DNA from: Myxococcota bacterium
GTDB lineage: Bacteria; Myxococcota_A; UBA796; SXON01
Direction of reading: 5' to 3'
DNA: 64,000 nt
Assembly: GCA_040386535.1 (NCBI GenBank)
Contig: JAZKFH010000024.1
Location: 64,001 to 128,000 of the forward strand
Shown: positions 13,724 to 23,858 of the stretch, in pieces
Position numbering within the stretch: the first letter of the stretch is position 1
Layout of the letters: every line of letters starts with the position of its first letter
Translations under genes and position numbers: made by a program
The notes under the pieces: model-generated
Database searches by the model: none
What the model saw: only the letters and a program-made list of their open reading frames with translations
What the model was told of the DNA's origin: nothing

Positions 13724-15301
13724 TTGTCGCCACACCAAGCCTTGACAGCCCTGATCGCCGCGGTTGTGCTCCCGCTTACGCTCGCGGGGTGCACCGGTGC
13801 GCCGCCCGTTCCCGAGCTCCCTCCCCTCCCCCCGAAGGTGGCCGCGGCGGACCTTGGGGTCCGCGGCGAGGCGCGTCCGCTCCGGGAGCTGATCGTGGCG
13901 TTCACCGGGGAGGTACGCGGCGAGATCGAGCCGTGCGGCTGCCCCACCGTGCCGTACGGCGGGTTCGCGCGGCGCGCGGCGCTCCTCGACCAGCTCCGCG
14001 CCGAGGGGCTCCCGGTGGTGGTTCTGGACGCCGGCGAGATGCTCGTCCGCGGCCAGGTGGCTACCGACCCCGGCGACCGCCCGGAGCGCGCGCGCGCCGT
14101 GCTCGACCTGGCGCGCACCGTAGGGCTCGACGCGTGGGCGCCGAGCCCTGTGGACCTGCTCGCGGGCGGCCTCGGCGTGTTGGCCGGCACCGACGCGCTC
14201 GCGACGACGTGGCGGGACCCCTCGGGCGCGCCGCTGTTTCCGACGGCGACGGTGATCGAGCGGGACGGGCTGCGCATCGGCGTCGTGGGCGTGAACGCCC
14301 CCGCGAAGGGGCTGGTGGCCGCCGATCCGGTGGAGGCCGTCCGCGCCGCCATGGCGGACATCGTCTCCGCGGGGACCGGCCCGATCGACACGTGGGTGGC
14401 CCTCTCCAACGCGTCGGCCGCCGACACCCGTCGCGTCGCGGAGGAGGTGGCCGGGCTCGGCGCCGTGCTCTCGACGCGGAACGGCGAGCAGGACGCGCCG
14501 CTCGCCACGTCCGGGGCCCCCATCCTCGAGAGCCCCGACCGCGGCCGGTACGTGAGCGTGCTGCGGATCGCGCTCGCCTCGGACGGCGCGGCCTGGACCG
14601 TGGTGGACGGCGGCACCGCGGGCGAGCTCGCCCAGGAGCGCGCGCGGGTCACGCGCCTCGTGGGCGCCGGGCACGACGACGCTCCGACCATGGACGCCGG
14701 GCGGGCGAAGATCGCGAGCATCCGCGCGCGGCTCGAAGCCGAGGGCGCGGGGCACGACCTGGTGCTCGTGGAGGACCGGCCCCTCGGGAGCGATCTGGAC
14801 GGCCCGAGCGTGCTGGACCCCCGCATCGAGACCTTCAAGGCCCGCTCGACCGCGGCGGCGCAGGTGCGCGCGGCGTCGGCGCCGAAGGTGGCGGGCTACG
14901 CCACGGCGGCGGCGTGCACGAGCTGCCATCGCGAGCGCTTCAACACCTGGGCCTTCGATCCCCACGCCCGCGCCTACGAGGCGCTGTTGCCGCGCAAGGA
15001 AGAGCTGAACCCGGAGTGTGTCGCGTGCCACACCACCGGCTGGGGCCAGCCCGGCGGGAACGCGACCCTCACGGCCGTCGCGATGCGCACGTGGAAGGGC
15101 GTGCAGTGCGAGGACTGCCACGGCCCCTCGGCAGGCCACCCGCAGCGCGCCGAGGTGGTTCCCCGCAAGGTGACGGAGGCCACGTGCCTGGCCTGCCACG
15201 ACGCGGCCAACAGCCCGCAGTTCGACTTCGAGACCTACCGCAAGCGCATCAGCTGCACGATGGTCTCGCAGCTCGAGGCCGAGGCCGCGGCGCCGAAGTA
15301 G
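13724..15301 (+). CDS. Lipoprotein: UshA/5'-nucleotidase-like CxC domain fused to a tetraheme c554-like cytochrome c
   Basis: Lipobox LAGC; GEIEPCGC...GGFARR; LDAGE; four CxxCH motifs (CTSCH, CVACH, CEDCH, CLACH). Start uncertain (13724-13766). Confidence 0.82.
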   Translation: MSPHQALTALIAAVVLPLTLAGCTGAPPVPELPPLPPKVAAADLGVRGEARPLRELIVAFTGEVRGEIEPCGCPTVPYGGFARRAALLDQLRAEGLPVVVLDAGEMLVRGQVATDPGDRPERARAVLDLARTVGLDAWAPSPVDLLAGGLGVLAGTDALATTWRDPSGAPLFPTATVIERDGLRIGVVGVNAPAKGLVAADPVEAVRAAMADIVSAGTGPIDTWVALSNASAADTRRVAEEVAGLGAVLSTRNGEQDAPLATSGAPILESPDRGRYVSVLRIALASDGAAWTVVDGGTAGELAQERARVTRLVGAGHDDAPTMDAGRAKIASIRARLEAEGAGHDLVLVEDRPLGSDLDGPSVLDPRIETFKARSTAAAQVRAASAPKVAGYATAAACTSCHRERFNTWAFDPHARAYEALLPRKEELNPECVACHTTGWGQPGGNATLTAVAMRTWKGVQCEDCHGPSAGHPQRAEVVPRKVTEATCLACHDAANSPQFDFETYRKRISCTMVSQLEAEAAAPK

Positions 15302-15320
15302 GGCGCGGAGCCCCGGGCGC

Positions 15321-17345
15321 TCACCAGGTCGCGAGGAACTTGTCGACCTCTTCTCGCTCGAGCAGGCCCATCGAAAGATCGAGGCAGTCGGCGCAGATGT
15401 CGATGCCGGCGTGGCGGTAGACGCCGCGGGACTCGAAGTGGGTGCGACCGCAGAGGTGGCACGCGGCGTCGTCCGGGGCGAGCCAGGCGCGGCGGTTCCG
15501 CACGATCTCGGCCGTGCACACGTCACAGACGACGGCGCGGGTGCCCGACATCAGGTGTGTACACTCCTTGCCCGTGCGGCCGCACGACGAGCAGTGCACG
15601 TCGTGGTGCTCGCCGGAGCCACTCCGCGTGTCCACCGGGCGCGGCTCGGTGCGCTGGCTCGGCGGCGTGACGTGGGCGAGCAGCCGCTCGACCGTGGGCC
15701 CGGCGCCGCGCTCCTGGGCGCGACGGATGAGCACCTTCGCGGCGTCCGCGTCGCCACACATGACCTGCCCGGCGAGCACGGCCACCTGCAGCTCCGCGTC
15801 GGCGTTCTGCCCCCACGAGGTGAGGAGCTGGCGGGCCGAGCGGCTGCGCCGGGACGCGATCGCCAGGAGCAGGAGCGCCTGGTAGCCGCGGGCGACCTCC
15901 CGCTCGGCCTCGACGTTGCGCCGGTGGGCCACGAGGTCAGAGGCGCCGCCACGACGGTCGACCGCCGCGCGCGTGATGTCCTCGACCGTGACGTTCAGGC
16001 CGGCGGTGAGCGTGGGCTCGGGGAGCACGGAGGCGGCCGCGAGCACGCTGCGCGCGAGGGCCGCGGAGTAGGAGCGGCCGGGTTCGCGGAGGCGCGCTGC
16101 TACGTCGTCCGCGACGTGCCCCTGGGTGAGGCCACACGCGGCCTCCCAGAGGGTGAAGCGCAGGCCTTCGTCGTCGGTCAGATCGATGGCGTCGAGCACC
16201 GCGGGCACGGACGAGGGGCCGACGGCCCGCAGCTCGTCGAGCAGGACGGAGATGCGACGGCGGGTGAGCGCCCGGGGCGCGCCGTCTCCCCCGACGATCG
16301 GGAGACGATCGTGGTTGCCGACCTCGACGGAGAGCGCCTTCTGGAGCCAGGCCCCGTCGCCACCGCGGCGGCGCGTGCGCACGAGCTCGACGTAGCTGGC
16401 GAGGTCCTCCGGGTGGTCCTCCAACGTCTCCTTGAAGACGCGGAGGGCCTCGGCGGTCTGCCCCTCTTCGAGGAGCGTGCACCCGAGCGCGTGGCGGGCC
16501 GGCAGGTGGTCCGGCGCGAGCAGGAGCGCCTTGTTGTTGTACTCGCGCGCCCGGCCGAGCTCGCCGAGCTGCAGATACGCCATTCCCATCTGGGCGAGCG
16601 CGTTCGCGTCGTCCCCGTGGGCCTCGAGGTAGTGGCGGTAGTGCTGGATCGCGTTCTTGTACTTGCCGAGCGCGAACGCCACCTGCCCGAGGTGCTTGCG
16701 GGCGACGGCGGAGTGCTTGGGGTTCTCGCGCAGCCGGACGAACAACTTCTCCGCCTCGGCGTAGCGCCCGGTCTGGAGGCAGCTCACGCCGAGGTCGCGC
16801 ATCAACGGCGCGAGCAGATCCGGGCTCGGATCGAGCTTGAGCGCCATGACGAGGTGGTACTGGCTGCGCTCGACGAGGCGCTGCCCGGCGACCTGGCGCG
16901 AGCGTTCGGCGAGCGTGCGGCCGAGGAGCAGATGGACCTCCCAGGCGTTGGGCGCGCCGCGGCACGCGGTCTCGAGGTGGCGGATCGCGAGGTGCCGATC
17001 CCCGAGGCCCCGGTACATCGCGCCGAGCGCGAGATGCAGATCGGGCCGCTCGGCGTCGAGCCGCACGGCCTCGTCGAGGTAGCGCTGCGCGGCCTCCGGG
17101 CGGTCCATCCCGACCAGCGCGGCGCCGCCGAGCACCATCGCCTCGACCGAGGCGGGATCGTCCTGCAGGGCCTTGCGGGCGTGCTGGAGGGCGATGGAGC
17201 ACTGACTCTCCCCCGCCCCGTGGTACAGCCCGCGGGAAAGGCAGGTCCGCGCGAGCTCGAGCCGGGCCTGGACATCCTCCGGGTGCTCGGCGAGGCGCGC
17301 TTCGAGGCGACCAGCGGACCAGTCGAGTTTTTGATGGGGGTACAT
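15321..17345 (-). CDS. TPR protein with two C-terminal ClpX-type C4 zinc fingers
   Basis: Multiple TPRs; CSSCG...LMSG...VCDVC and CHLCG...ICADCLDLS. Confidence 0.8.
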   Translation of the reverse strand: MYPHQKLDWSAGRLEARLAEHPEDVQARLELARTCLSRGLYHGAGESQCSIALQHARKALQDDPASVEAMVLGGAALVGMDRPEAAQRYLDEAVRLDAERPDLHLALGAMYRGLGDRHLAIRHLETACRGAPNAWEVHLLLGRTLAERSRQVAGQRLVERSQYHLVMALKLDPSPDLLAPLMRDLGVSCLQTGRYAEAEKLFVRLRENPKHSAVARKHLGQVAFALGKYKNAIQHYRHYLEAHGDDANALAQMGMAYLQLGELGRAREYNNKALLLAPDHLPARHALGCTLLEEGQTAEALRVFKETLEDHPEDLASYVELVRTRRRGGDGAWLQKALSVEVGNHDRLPIVGGDGAPRALTRRRISVLLDELRAVGPSSVPAVLDAIDLTDDEGLRFTLWEAACGLTQGHVADDVAARLREPGRSYSAALARSVLAAASVLPEPTLTAGLNVTVEDITRAAVDRRGGASDLVAHRRNVEAEREVARGYQALLLLAIASRRSRSARQLLTSWGQNADAELQVAVLAGQVMCGDADAAKVLIRRAQERGAGPTVERLLAHVTPPSQRTEPRPVDTRSGSGEHHDVHCSSCGRTGKECTHLMSGTRAVVCDVCTAEIVRNRRAWLAPDDAACHLCGRTHFESRGVYRHAGIDICADCLDLSMGLLEREEVDKFLATW

Positions 17346-17427
17346 GGCGCCTGGTGGATTCTGGGCGTGCGATGGAACGTGCAGGGGCGTATGCTATCGC
17401 ACCCAGCCCATCCCCGGGGAGGAAGCC

Positions 17428-17649
17428 GTGCCCACCGCGCCCACGTCGTCGCCGCGCCGCGGTCATAACCCCCCACGGGCCTCGGGCCGCCGCGGCCAGG
17501 CCACCACCGAGTGGCTCCTCCTCATCTCCGTAATCGTCATCGCCATCGTAGCGGCCGGCGCCGGCCTCGCCGCCACCTTCGGCGACGACATGGAGAGCCT
17601 GGGCGAGCGCTCGGGCACGGTGTACGCGTCGGGAGACCTGGCGCGGTAG
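17428..17649 (+). CDS. Flp-like type IVb pilin/pseudopilin
   Basis: RRG|QATTEW (G|xxxxE) prepilin site followed by hydrophobic LLLISVIVIAIVAAG. GTG follows GGAGG. Confidence 0.65.
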   Translation: MPTAPTSSPRRGHNPPRASGRRGQATTEWLLLISVIVIAIVAAGAGLAATFGDDMESLGERSGTVYASGDLAR

Positions 17650-17844
17650 CGCCCCGCCCGCTCCCCGCCTTCCTCCCCTCCTGGGACGCGCCTGACATGA
17701 GGGCGGGGCCAGGCCGCAGACGACCCGGCGTGCGGCCGGGGTGCGCCCAGGGGCCCCTCTGGGGAAGGGGCGTGGGCCCCCGGACGCGGTTCTCGCCGGG
17801 TCGTCTGCCGCCTGGACCCGACGCACAGGGTTAGGCGCGTCCCG

Positions 17845-20415
17845 ATGCCGCTCCTCCCCGTCGTCTTCTTCCTCTCCGGCGCCACCAGCCTCGTCTACCA
17901 GTCGGTCTGGGGCCGCGAGCTGCACCTCGTGTTCGGCACGAGCCAGTTCGCCATCGCGACCGTGCTCGCGGCGTTCATGACGGGGCTCGCCGCCGGCGGC
18001 TGGATCGGCGGGCGGCTCTCCGACCGGGTCGCGCGCCCCCTGCGGGCCTACGGATTGCTCGAGGCGACGATCGGCGCTTACGCGCTGATCTTCCCGAGCG
18101 TCGTCCGAATCCTCGAGCCCATCTACCTCAACTTCTGGCACGCCACCGATCCGAGCCCGCTCGCGTTCGGGAGCTTCCAGTTCCTGCTGCTCGGGCCCGG
18201 CCTGCTCATCCCCACCGCCTGCATGGGCGCCACGCTGCCCCTGCTCGTCCGCCACGTGGCGCCGAAGCCGGGCGAGGCGGGCGCGGTCGTCGGGCGGCTC
18301 TACGGCATCAACACGGCGGGCGCGGTGGTCGGCGTCGCGGTGGCAGGCTTCTGGCTGCTGCCGGACCTCGGCGTACGCGACACGACGTTGCTCGTGGCCT
18401 GCGGAAACTTCCTCCTCTGCGGGATCGCCTTCTGGATGGACCGCGGCACCGCGGCCCTCCCCCCGATCCCCGCGACCAAGGCCGTCCCCCTCCCCGCCGC
18501 CGTCCTCGTCGTCGCGGCGCTCGCCGGCATGTCGAGCCTCGCCATGGAGGTGGCCTGGTTCCGCCTCCTCACCCTCATCCTCGGTGCGAGCACCTACGCG
18601 TTCTCCGTGATGCTCCTGGCGTTCCTCGCGGGCATCGCCCTCGGCGGGCGCGTCGGCGGGCCCATCGCCGATCGGGCGAAGGATGCCCGCACCGCGCTCC
18701 TCGGACTCGCGACGCTCCAGGTCGGCGTCGCGTTGCTCTCCTACCTCGCGATGTTCGCCTACGGCGAGCTTCCCGTCGCGTTCGTGAAGGCGTTCTTCTG
18801 GATGGAGACGCTCAACGAGGAGCTCACCTACGTCTTCGGCACCGATGTCTCGCTGCTCTGGCCGATGAAGTGCCTGCTCGCCTTCCTCGTCATGGCGCCG
18901 CCCGCCGTGCTCATGGGCGCCACGTTCCCGTTCCTCGTGCGCGCCGTCCTGGCCGTGAACGAGGGAGACGCCGCGCGGCCCGTCGGCGGCGTGTACGCGG
19001 CCAACACGGTCGGCGCGATCGTGGGCGCGTTCGGCGGCGGTTTCGTGCTCCTCCCGATGCTCTACGTCACCGGCACGGTGTTGTTCTGCTCGACGCTCAA
19101 CCTCGTCGGCGCGGCCGTGGCCGTCGCTGCCGCCGGAGAGCGTCGCCGGCTGGTGGTCGGTGGCGTGCTGGCCGCCGGCCTGGTCGGGGTGGCGTGGACC
19201 TTCCCGCCGCCCTGGAACCCGATGCTCATGTCGTCGGGCGTCTACAAGTACGTCGACAACCTCGACGAGCCGACCTTTGCCGAGATCAAGAAGCGCTTCC
19301 TCGATCGGTACGAGCTGCTCTACTACAAGGAGGGGCTCTCCACCGTCATCACCGTCGCGCACAACAAGACGACGGGCAACGTGTGGCTCGCCAACAACGG
19401 CAAGATCGACGCGAGCACCACGTCGGACATGCCGACGCAGGTCCTCGTGGCGCACACCGGGTTCCTCTTCACGGGGGACCGCGCCCGCAACACTGCCCTC
19501 ATCGGCCTCGCCAGCGGCATCACCCTCGGCGCGATGACGCTGCACCCCGAGCTCGAGAACATCGACGTCATCGAGCTCGAGCCCGCCATGGAGGAGGCCA
19601 CGCAGTTCTTTGCCGCGTGGAACCACGACGCGCTCGCGGACGACCGCGTGAACGTGATCAAGAACGACGGCCGCAACCAGCTCCTGCTCACGCCGCCCGG
19701 CACCTACGATCTCATCGTGGCCGAGCCCTCCAACCCGTGGCTCACCGGCGTGTCGAACCTGTTCACGCGGGAGTTCTTCGAGATGGGGAAGGCGCGGCTC
19801 GCGCCCGGCGGCATCTGGAGCCAGTGGGTGCAGATGTACGGGATGGACGAGCGCGATCTGCAATCCATCATGCGGACGTTCGCGACGGTGTACCCCCACG
19901 TGCTCGTGTTCTCGACGATCGAGGACGCGGATCTAGTGATGATCGGCAGCGATCGCCCGCTCGACTTCGATCTCGCCGCCGCCCACGCGCTCGCCTCGAA
20001 GAACCCCGCCGTGACCGCCGAGCTCACGTCCGTGGGCGTGGCGGACGGCTACGATCTGCTCTGCCACTTCCTCTTCGACCGCGACACCGTCATGTGGCGC
20101 ACCACCGGCATCCCGCTCAACACCGACGACAACCTGCTCGTCGAGTACTCCGCGCCGAAGAACCTGCACGTCGAGACGTCGACCGACAACTTCCGCATGT
20201 TGCGCAAGTGGATGGCGCGCCCGTCGATCGAGCTGGCGGAGCGGCTGGCGACGGTCGAGGATCTCGAGGAGCTCGCGCTCGCCTACAGCGACCGCGACGA
20301 CCTCGTGCGGGCCATGGTGGCCCTCCAGGAGGCCGCGCGGCGGGACCCCCGCCGTGCCGCGACCGCCGCGCTCATCGACGACGTGCGGCGGCGCTGGAAC
20401 GAGACGCCGCGGTAG
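17845..20415 (+). CDS. Fused MFS-like membrane domain / spermidine synthase-like SAM-dependent domain
   Basis: FFLSGATSLVYQ, MGATLP and LYGINT.G repeated in the membrane part; LIGLASGIT, ELE, DGR, DLIVAEPSNPW in the soluble part. Confidence 0.9.
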   Translation: MPLLPVVFFLSGATSLVYQSVWGRELHLVFGTSQFAIATVLAAFMTGLAAGGWIGGRLSDRVARPLRAYGLLEATIGAYALIFPSVVRILEPIYLNFWHATDPSPLAFGSFQFLLLGPGLLIPTACMGATLPLLVRHVAPKPGEAGAVVGRLYGINTAGAVVGVAVAGFWLLPDLGVRDTTLLVACGNFLLCGIAFWMDRGTAALPPIPATKAVPLPAAVLVVAALAGMSSLAMEVAWFRLLTLILGASTYAFSVMLLAFLAGIALGGRVGGPIADRAKDARTALLGLATLQVGVALLSYLAMFAYGELPVAFVKAFFWMETLNEELTYVFGTDVSLLWPMKCLLAFLVMAPPAVLMGATFPFLVRAVLAVNEGDAARPVGGVYAANTVGAIVGAFGGGFVLLPMLYVTGTVLFCSTLNLVGAAVAVAAAGERRRLVVGGVLAAGLVGVAWTFPPPWNPMLMSSGVYKYVDNLDEPTFAEIKKRFLDRYELLYYKEGLSTVITVAHNKTTGNVWLANNGKIDASTTSDMPTQVLVAHTGFLFTGDRARNTALIGLASGITLGAMTLHPELENIDVIELEPAMEEATQFFAAWNHDALADDRVNVIKNDGRNQLLLTPPGTYDLIVAEPSNPWLTGVSNLFTREFFEMGKARLAPGGIWSQWVQMYGMDERDLQSIMRTFATVYPHVLVFSTIEDADLVMIGSDRPLDFDLAAAHALASKNPAVTAELTSVGVADGYDLLCHFLFDRDTVMWRTTGIPLNTDDNLLVEYSAPKNLHVETSTDNFRMLRKWMARPSIELAERLATVEDLEELALAYSDRDDLVRAMVALQEAARRDPRRAATAALIDDVRRRWNETPR

Positions 20416-20437
20416 CGCGACTCCGCGGGACGGGTCG

Positions 20438-21079
20438 CTACTTCTCCATCTTGAGCAGCCGGCGCAGCGCCTTCTTCACCAACGCGCGCACGCCGGTCTC
20501 AGGGGGCGGCGGGGGCGGCGGGGCGCGCTTGGCGGCGGCCGGGCGCGGAGCCGGCGCGGGCTTGGGCTCGCGGGCGCCGTGATCGTGGGAGTGGCCGTGG
20601 GAATGGCCGTGGTCTTCCGCGGGGGCGGGGGCCGCGGGCGCGGCGGCGGGGGCGACGGGCGCGGGAACAGGCTTCGGGGCGGCGACTGGAGCCGGCGCGG
20701 CCCGCGCGCCACCGTGATCGTGGGCGTGCCCGTGGTCGTGATCGTGGGAGTGGCCGGGGTCCTCGACGGGAGCGGTGACGGGGACGGGCGCCTCGACCGC
20801 TTCAGCCACCTCGCTCTCGCCCTTCTTCTTCCCCCGCCCCTTCTCCTTCCCCGCGGCCTCCGCCGCCGCCTTGCCCTCGGCGGTCAAGGTGAAGATCGTG
20901 CCGTCCCACGTCACGAGCCCGTCCGACGTGAGGCCCTCCATCAGCTGGCTGAAGGCCTGGTGCGCGGCGAGGAGCTTCAGCCCGCTCCAGTCGTGAAGCG
21001 GCCCGATCGCCATGACCCCACCTTCCTGGTGGAGGTAGACGAGGAGCTTCTTGCGGCGGGTCTCGTTGATGTCGGCCAT
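20438..21079 (-). CDS. Hypothetical protein: winged-helix-like N-terminus with two His-rich tracts
   Basis: 213 aa. L...GLVTWDG..FTLTAEG, GHSHDHDHGHAHDHG, HGHSHGHSHDHG. Confidence 0.65.
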   Translation of the reverse strand: MADINETRRKKLLVYLHQEGGVMAIGPLHDWSGLKLLAAHQAFSQLMEGLTSDGLVTWDGTIFTLTAEGKAAAEAAGKEKGRGKKKGESEVAEAVEAPVPVTAPVEDPGHSHDHDHGHAHDHGGARAAPAPVAAPKPVPAPVAPAAAPAAPAPAEDHGHSHGHSHDHGAREPKPAPAPRPAAAKRAPPPPPPPETGVRALVKKALRRLLKMEK

Positions 21080-21142
21080 GCGCGGTTCCTGGGATCGCCG
21101 CCGCCTAACATCGGCCCTGGCGATCGGGGGAGCTGGCCGTCG

Positions 21143-21919
21143 CTACTCGTTCTCGACCGGGGGCGGCTTGCCCTCCGCGCGCGCCCGGGCCCGCGCCTTC
21201 CTTCGGCGCGGCCACGTGAAGATGGCCTCGATGGGGCCGCTCGCCACGTGCGTGACGCCGAGCAGGACGAGCACGGTCGAGATGTCGTACACCGCGCCGA
21301 TCGCGAGGCACACGCCGGCGAGGACGACGAACGTCGCCATCACCTTGGGCGACATCTTGAACGTCTTCATCGTGCGGAACGGGATCGACGACACCTCGAG
21401 GAACGCGACGGCGAGCACGAACAGGACGATGCCCGTCGGGTCGGTCGGCCCGGGCAGGCCCGAACCCGAGTGCCACATGACGAGCGAGGAGACCGTGCCG
21501 CCGCCCATCGTGATGGTGAGGCCCTGGCTCCACCGGTGGGCCTTGCCGTCGGCGGTGACGTTGAACCGCGCGAGGCGGAAGGCGCCGCCGAGCATCAGCG
21601 CACCCGCGACGAAAACGCCGAACGGGCCGTAGGGGGCGAGGCCCCAGAAGTAGACGAGGCACGCCGGGGCCACGCCGAAGCTGATGATGTCGACCAGCGA
21701 GTCGAGCTGCACGCCGAAGGCGGTGCCCGTGCCGGTCATGCGCGCGACCCGCCCGTCGAGCATGTCGAACAGCCCGGCGAAGAAGATCATCAAGCCGGCT
21801 TTGTAGTAGGACGCCGCGTCCCCCTGGGCCTGGCCCGCGAGGAGGATGGCGTAGAACCCACAAAACAAGCTGGCCGAGGTGAACCAGTTCGGCGGGTTCA
21901 GGAACTGCTTGAGCATCAT
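21143..21919 (-). CDS. pssA: CDP-diacylglycerol--serine O-phosphatidyltransferase
   Basis: [25 protein letters not shown]...[28 protein letters not shown] overlaps the aspartate kinase stop. Confidence 0.9.
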   Translation of the reverse strand: MMLKQFLNPPNWFTSASLFCGFYAILLAGQAQGDAASYYKAGLMIFFAGLFDMLDGRVARMTGTGTAFGVQLDSLVDIISFGVAPACLVYFWGLAPYGPFGVFVAGALMLGGAFRLARFNVTADGKAHRWSQGLTITMGGGTVSSLVMWHSGSGLPGPTDPTGIVLFVLAVAFLEVSSIPFRTMKTFKMSPKVMATFVVLAGVCLAIGAVYDISTVLVLLGVTHVASGPIEAIFTWPRRRKARARARAEGKPPPVENE

Positions 21920-23004
21920 GCGGAGGGGGACTCCAGGAGCGCTGAGTGCAGGCTCCTCTCCAGCCCCGCCGCGCGCGCGGGGGCGACCTCGAAGACTACC
22001 GCATCCGTCGCCGCGTGCCACCGGGTGGCGTCGGGTCCGGCGGCGTTCAGGATGCGCGCGAGGACCCCGGGATCGGTGCCGGCGCGCGCGCCGATCACGG
22101 CGACCGTGGCCGCGTTCACGAGCCCCGGGAGATCCGCGTGGAGGTTGCGCCGATCGAGGAGGAGCCCCTCGGGCCCGGCGGCGCGGATGCACGGAGTGGG
22201 CAGCGACGGGAGCAGCGCGAGCGGCCCCCGCGCGAGCTGCGTGTCGGCCGTGATGGCGAGGATCCGCGCGGGCGCCGTACCGGGGTGGATGCGGGTGCCG
22301 CCGGTCTCCGCGAACGTGGCGCTCGCGCGCATCGTGATGCCCTCCCGGTGGGCCCAGGCCACCGCCTCTTCGTAGAGCACCTTGGCGCCGTTCTGGGCGA
22401 GCGCGAGGGCCTCGTCGAGGGTCATCGCGTCGAGCCGGACGGCCGCGGGGACCGCGCGCGGGTCGGCGCTGTAGACACCGTCGACATCGCTGCAGATCTC
22501 GCACTCGTCGGCCCTAAGCGCGGCCGCGAGCACGACGGCCGTGGTGTCGCTTCCGCCGCGCCCGAGCGTCGTGACCTCCCGCTCGCGGCTCACCCCCTGG
22601 AACCCGGCGACGATGGCGACCTCCCCCCGCGCGACGGCCTCGCGGACCCGATCGGGGCGCACCTCGACCACGCGCGCGTTGGCGTGGCTGGTGTCGGTGA
22701 TGATGCCGCTCTGGCTGCCCGTGAAGGAGCGCGCGGGCACGCCCAGCTCCTGCAGCGCCATCGCGAGGAGCGCCATGCTGACCCGCTCGCCGACGCTGAT
22801 GAGCATGTCCAGCTCACGACGCCCCGGCGACTGGGTCACCTCCCGGGCGAGCGCGAGCAGCTCGTTGGTGGTGTTCCCCATCGCGGAGACGACGACCACG
22901 ACGCTGTCGCCCCGCGCGCGCGCTCGCGCCACGCGGGCGGCCACCTTGCGGAGCCGCGCTACGTCGCTGACCGACGAGCCGCCGTACTTCTGCACGAGCA
23001 ACAT
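21916..23004 (-). CDS. lysC: Aspartate kinase
   Basis: [48 protein letters not shown]-terminal regulatory part is divergent. Confidence 0.9.
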   Translation of the reverse strand: MLLVQKYGGSSVSDVARLRKVAARVARARARGDSVVVVVSAMGNTTNELLALAREVTQSPGRRELDMLISVGERVSMALLAMALQELGVPARSFTGSQSGIITDTSHANARVVEVRPDRVREAVARGEVAIVAGFQGVSREREVTTLGRGGSDTTAVVLAAALRADECEICSDVDGVYSADPRAVPAAVRLDAMTLDEALALAQNGAKVLYEEAVAWAHREGITMRASATFAETGGTRIHPGTAPARILAITADTQLARGPLALLPSLPTPCIRAAGPEGLLLDRRNLHADLPGLVNAATVAVIGARAGTDPGVLARILNAAGPDATRWHAATDAVVFEVAPARAAGLERSLHSALLESPSA

Positions 23005-23030
23005 GGGCTAGCGCATCTCACACATCGAAG

Positions 23031-23858
23031 TCATCGAATCTCGAAGCTGTCGACATAGATCACGTTCCCGCCCCGGTCCGGCGAGAGGAGCCCGGTGAGG
23101 TCCTCGATCTCGAGGAGGCGCACGCGATCGTCCGGCCGGAGCGCGCTCCCCGCGCCGCCGCGGGCGCCGTCCGTCGAGCGGAACGCGCTCGCCGGCATCA
23201 CGACGTCGAGCCACTCGCCGGTGGGGACCTGGAGCACCGGTGCGCTGTAGCGCCCGCCCGCGCCGTCGCTGAAGGTCACGCGGAGCTCGGCGGGGAAGGC
23301 ATGAGCCCGCACCTGGAAGCTGATGCGCGTCACCGCGCGGTCCACCTCGAGCGCCGCCGCGATGTGGTCGGGCTCTCCCGTCAGGACGGTGGTGCCCCAC
23401 GCGAGCACCGGCCGCCCCTGGATGTTCCGCGCCTCCATCGCGCCCTTCTCGGCCTGGTCCCAGGCGCGCACGAAGGCGCCGATGCCGCTCTCGAACCCGA
23501 ACGTGACCGGGAGCGCGGTGATCGCGCGCGACTTGAGCTCGATGCGCGCGAGGAGGGCCCCGGCGCGGGGGCGCACGGACTCGTCCCGCATCGCGGTGCG
23601 GAGCGCGGTCACGGCCGCTCCCGTGTCCCCGAGGCCGTACCGCGCGCGGCCCAGCCAGTACCAGGCAGTGCCGTACAGCGGATCATCCGCGGTCAGGTCG
23701 GAGACGACCTCCTCGTAGTAGAGCGCCGCGACCTCGGGCGTGCCGTCCGCCGCCTCGACGAGACGGGCGTCGTAGAGGGTCTCCCATGCGCGCACCGGGT
23801 CCTCCGCCCGCGCGCCCTGGTGGGCGGCGAGGAGCGCGGTGACGAGCGGGAGGATCAC
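23031..23858 (-). CDS. Secreted protein with TPR-like helix pair and jelly-roll/CBM-like C-terminus
   Basis: GTG overlaps the response-regulator stop (GTGA). Signal peptide; AWYWLGRARY; ends IYVDSFEIR. Confidence 0.6.
   Translation of the reverse strand: MILPLVTALLAAHQGARAEDPVRAWETLYDARLVEAADGTPEVAALYYEEVVSDLTADDPLYGTAWYWLGRARYGLGDTGAAVTALRTAMRDESVRPRAGALLARIELKSRAITALPVTFGFESGIGAFVRAWDQAEKGAMEARNIQGRPVLAWGTTVLTGEPDHIAAALEVDRAVTRISFQVRAHAFPAELRVTFSDGAGGRYSAPVLQVPTGEWLDVVMPASAFRSTDGARGGAGSALRPDDRVRLLEIEDLTGLLSPDRGGNVIYVDSFEIR

Noticed and set aside
13934..13942. Possible selenocysteine in the UshA-like CxC motif
   Set aside because: The codons are TGC-GGC-TGC; there is no in-frame TGA.
15937..19899. 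1320-aa minus-strand ORF and the many other long Arg/Gly/Ala-rich ORFs in the track
   Set aside because: They overlap well-supported genes in other frames and show no recognisable motifs.
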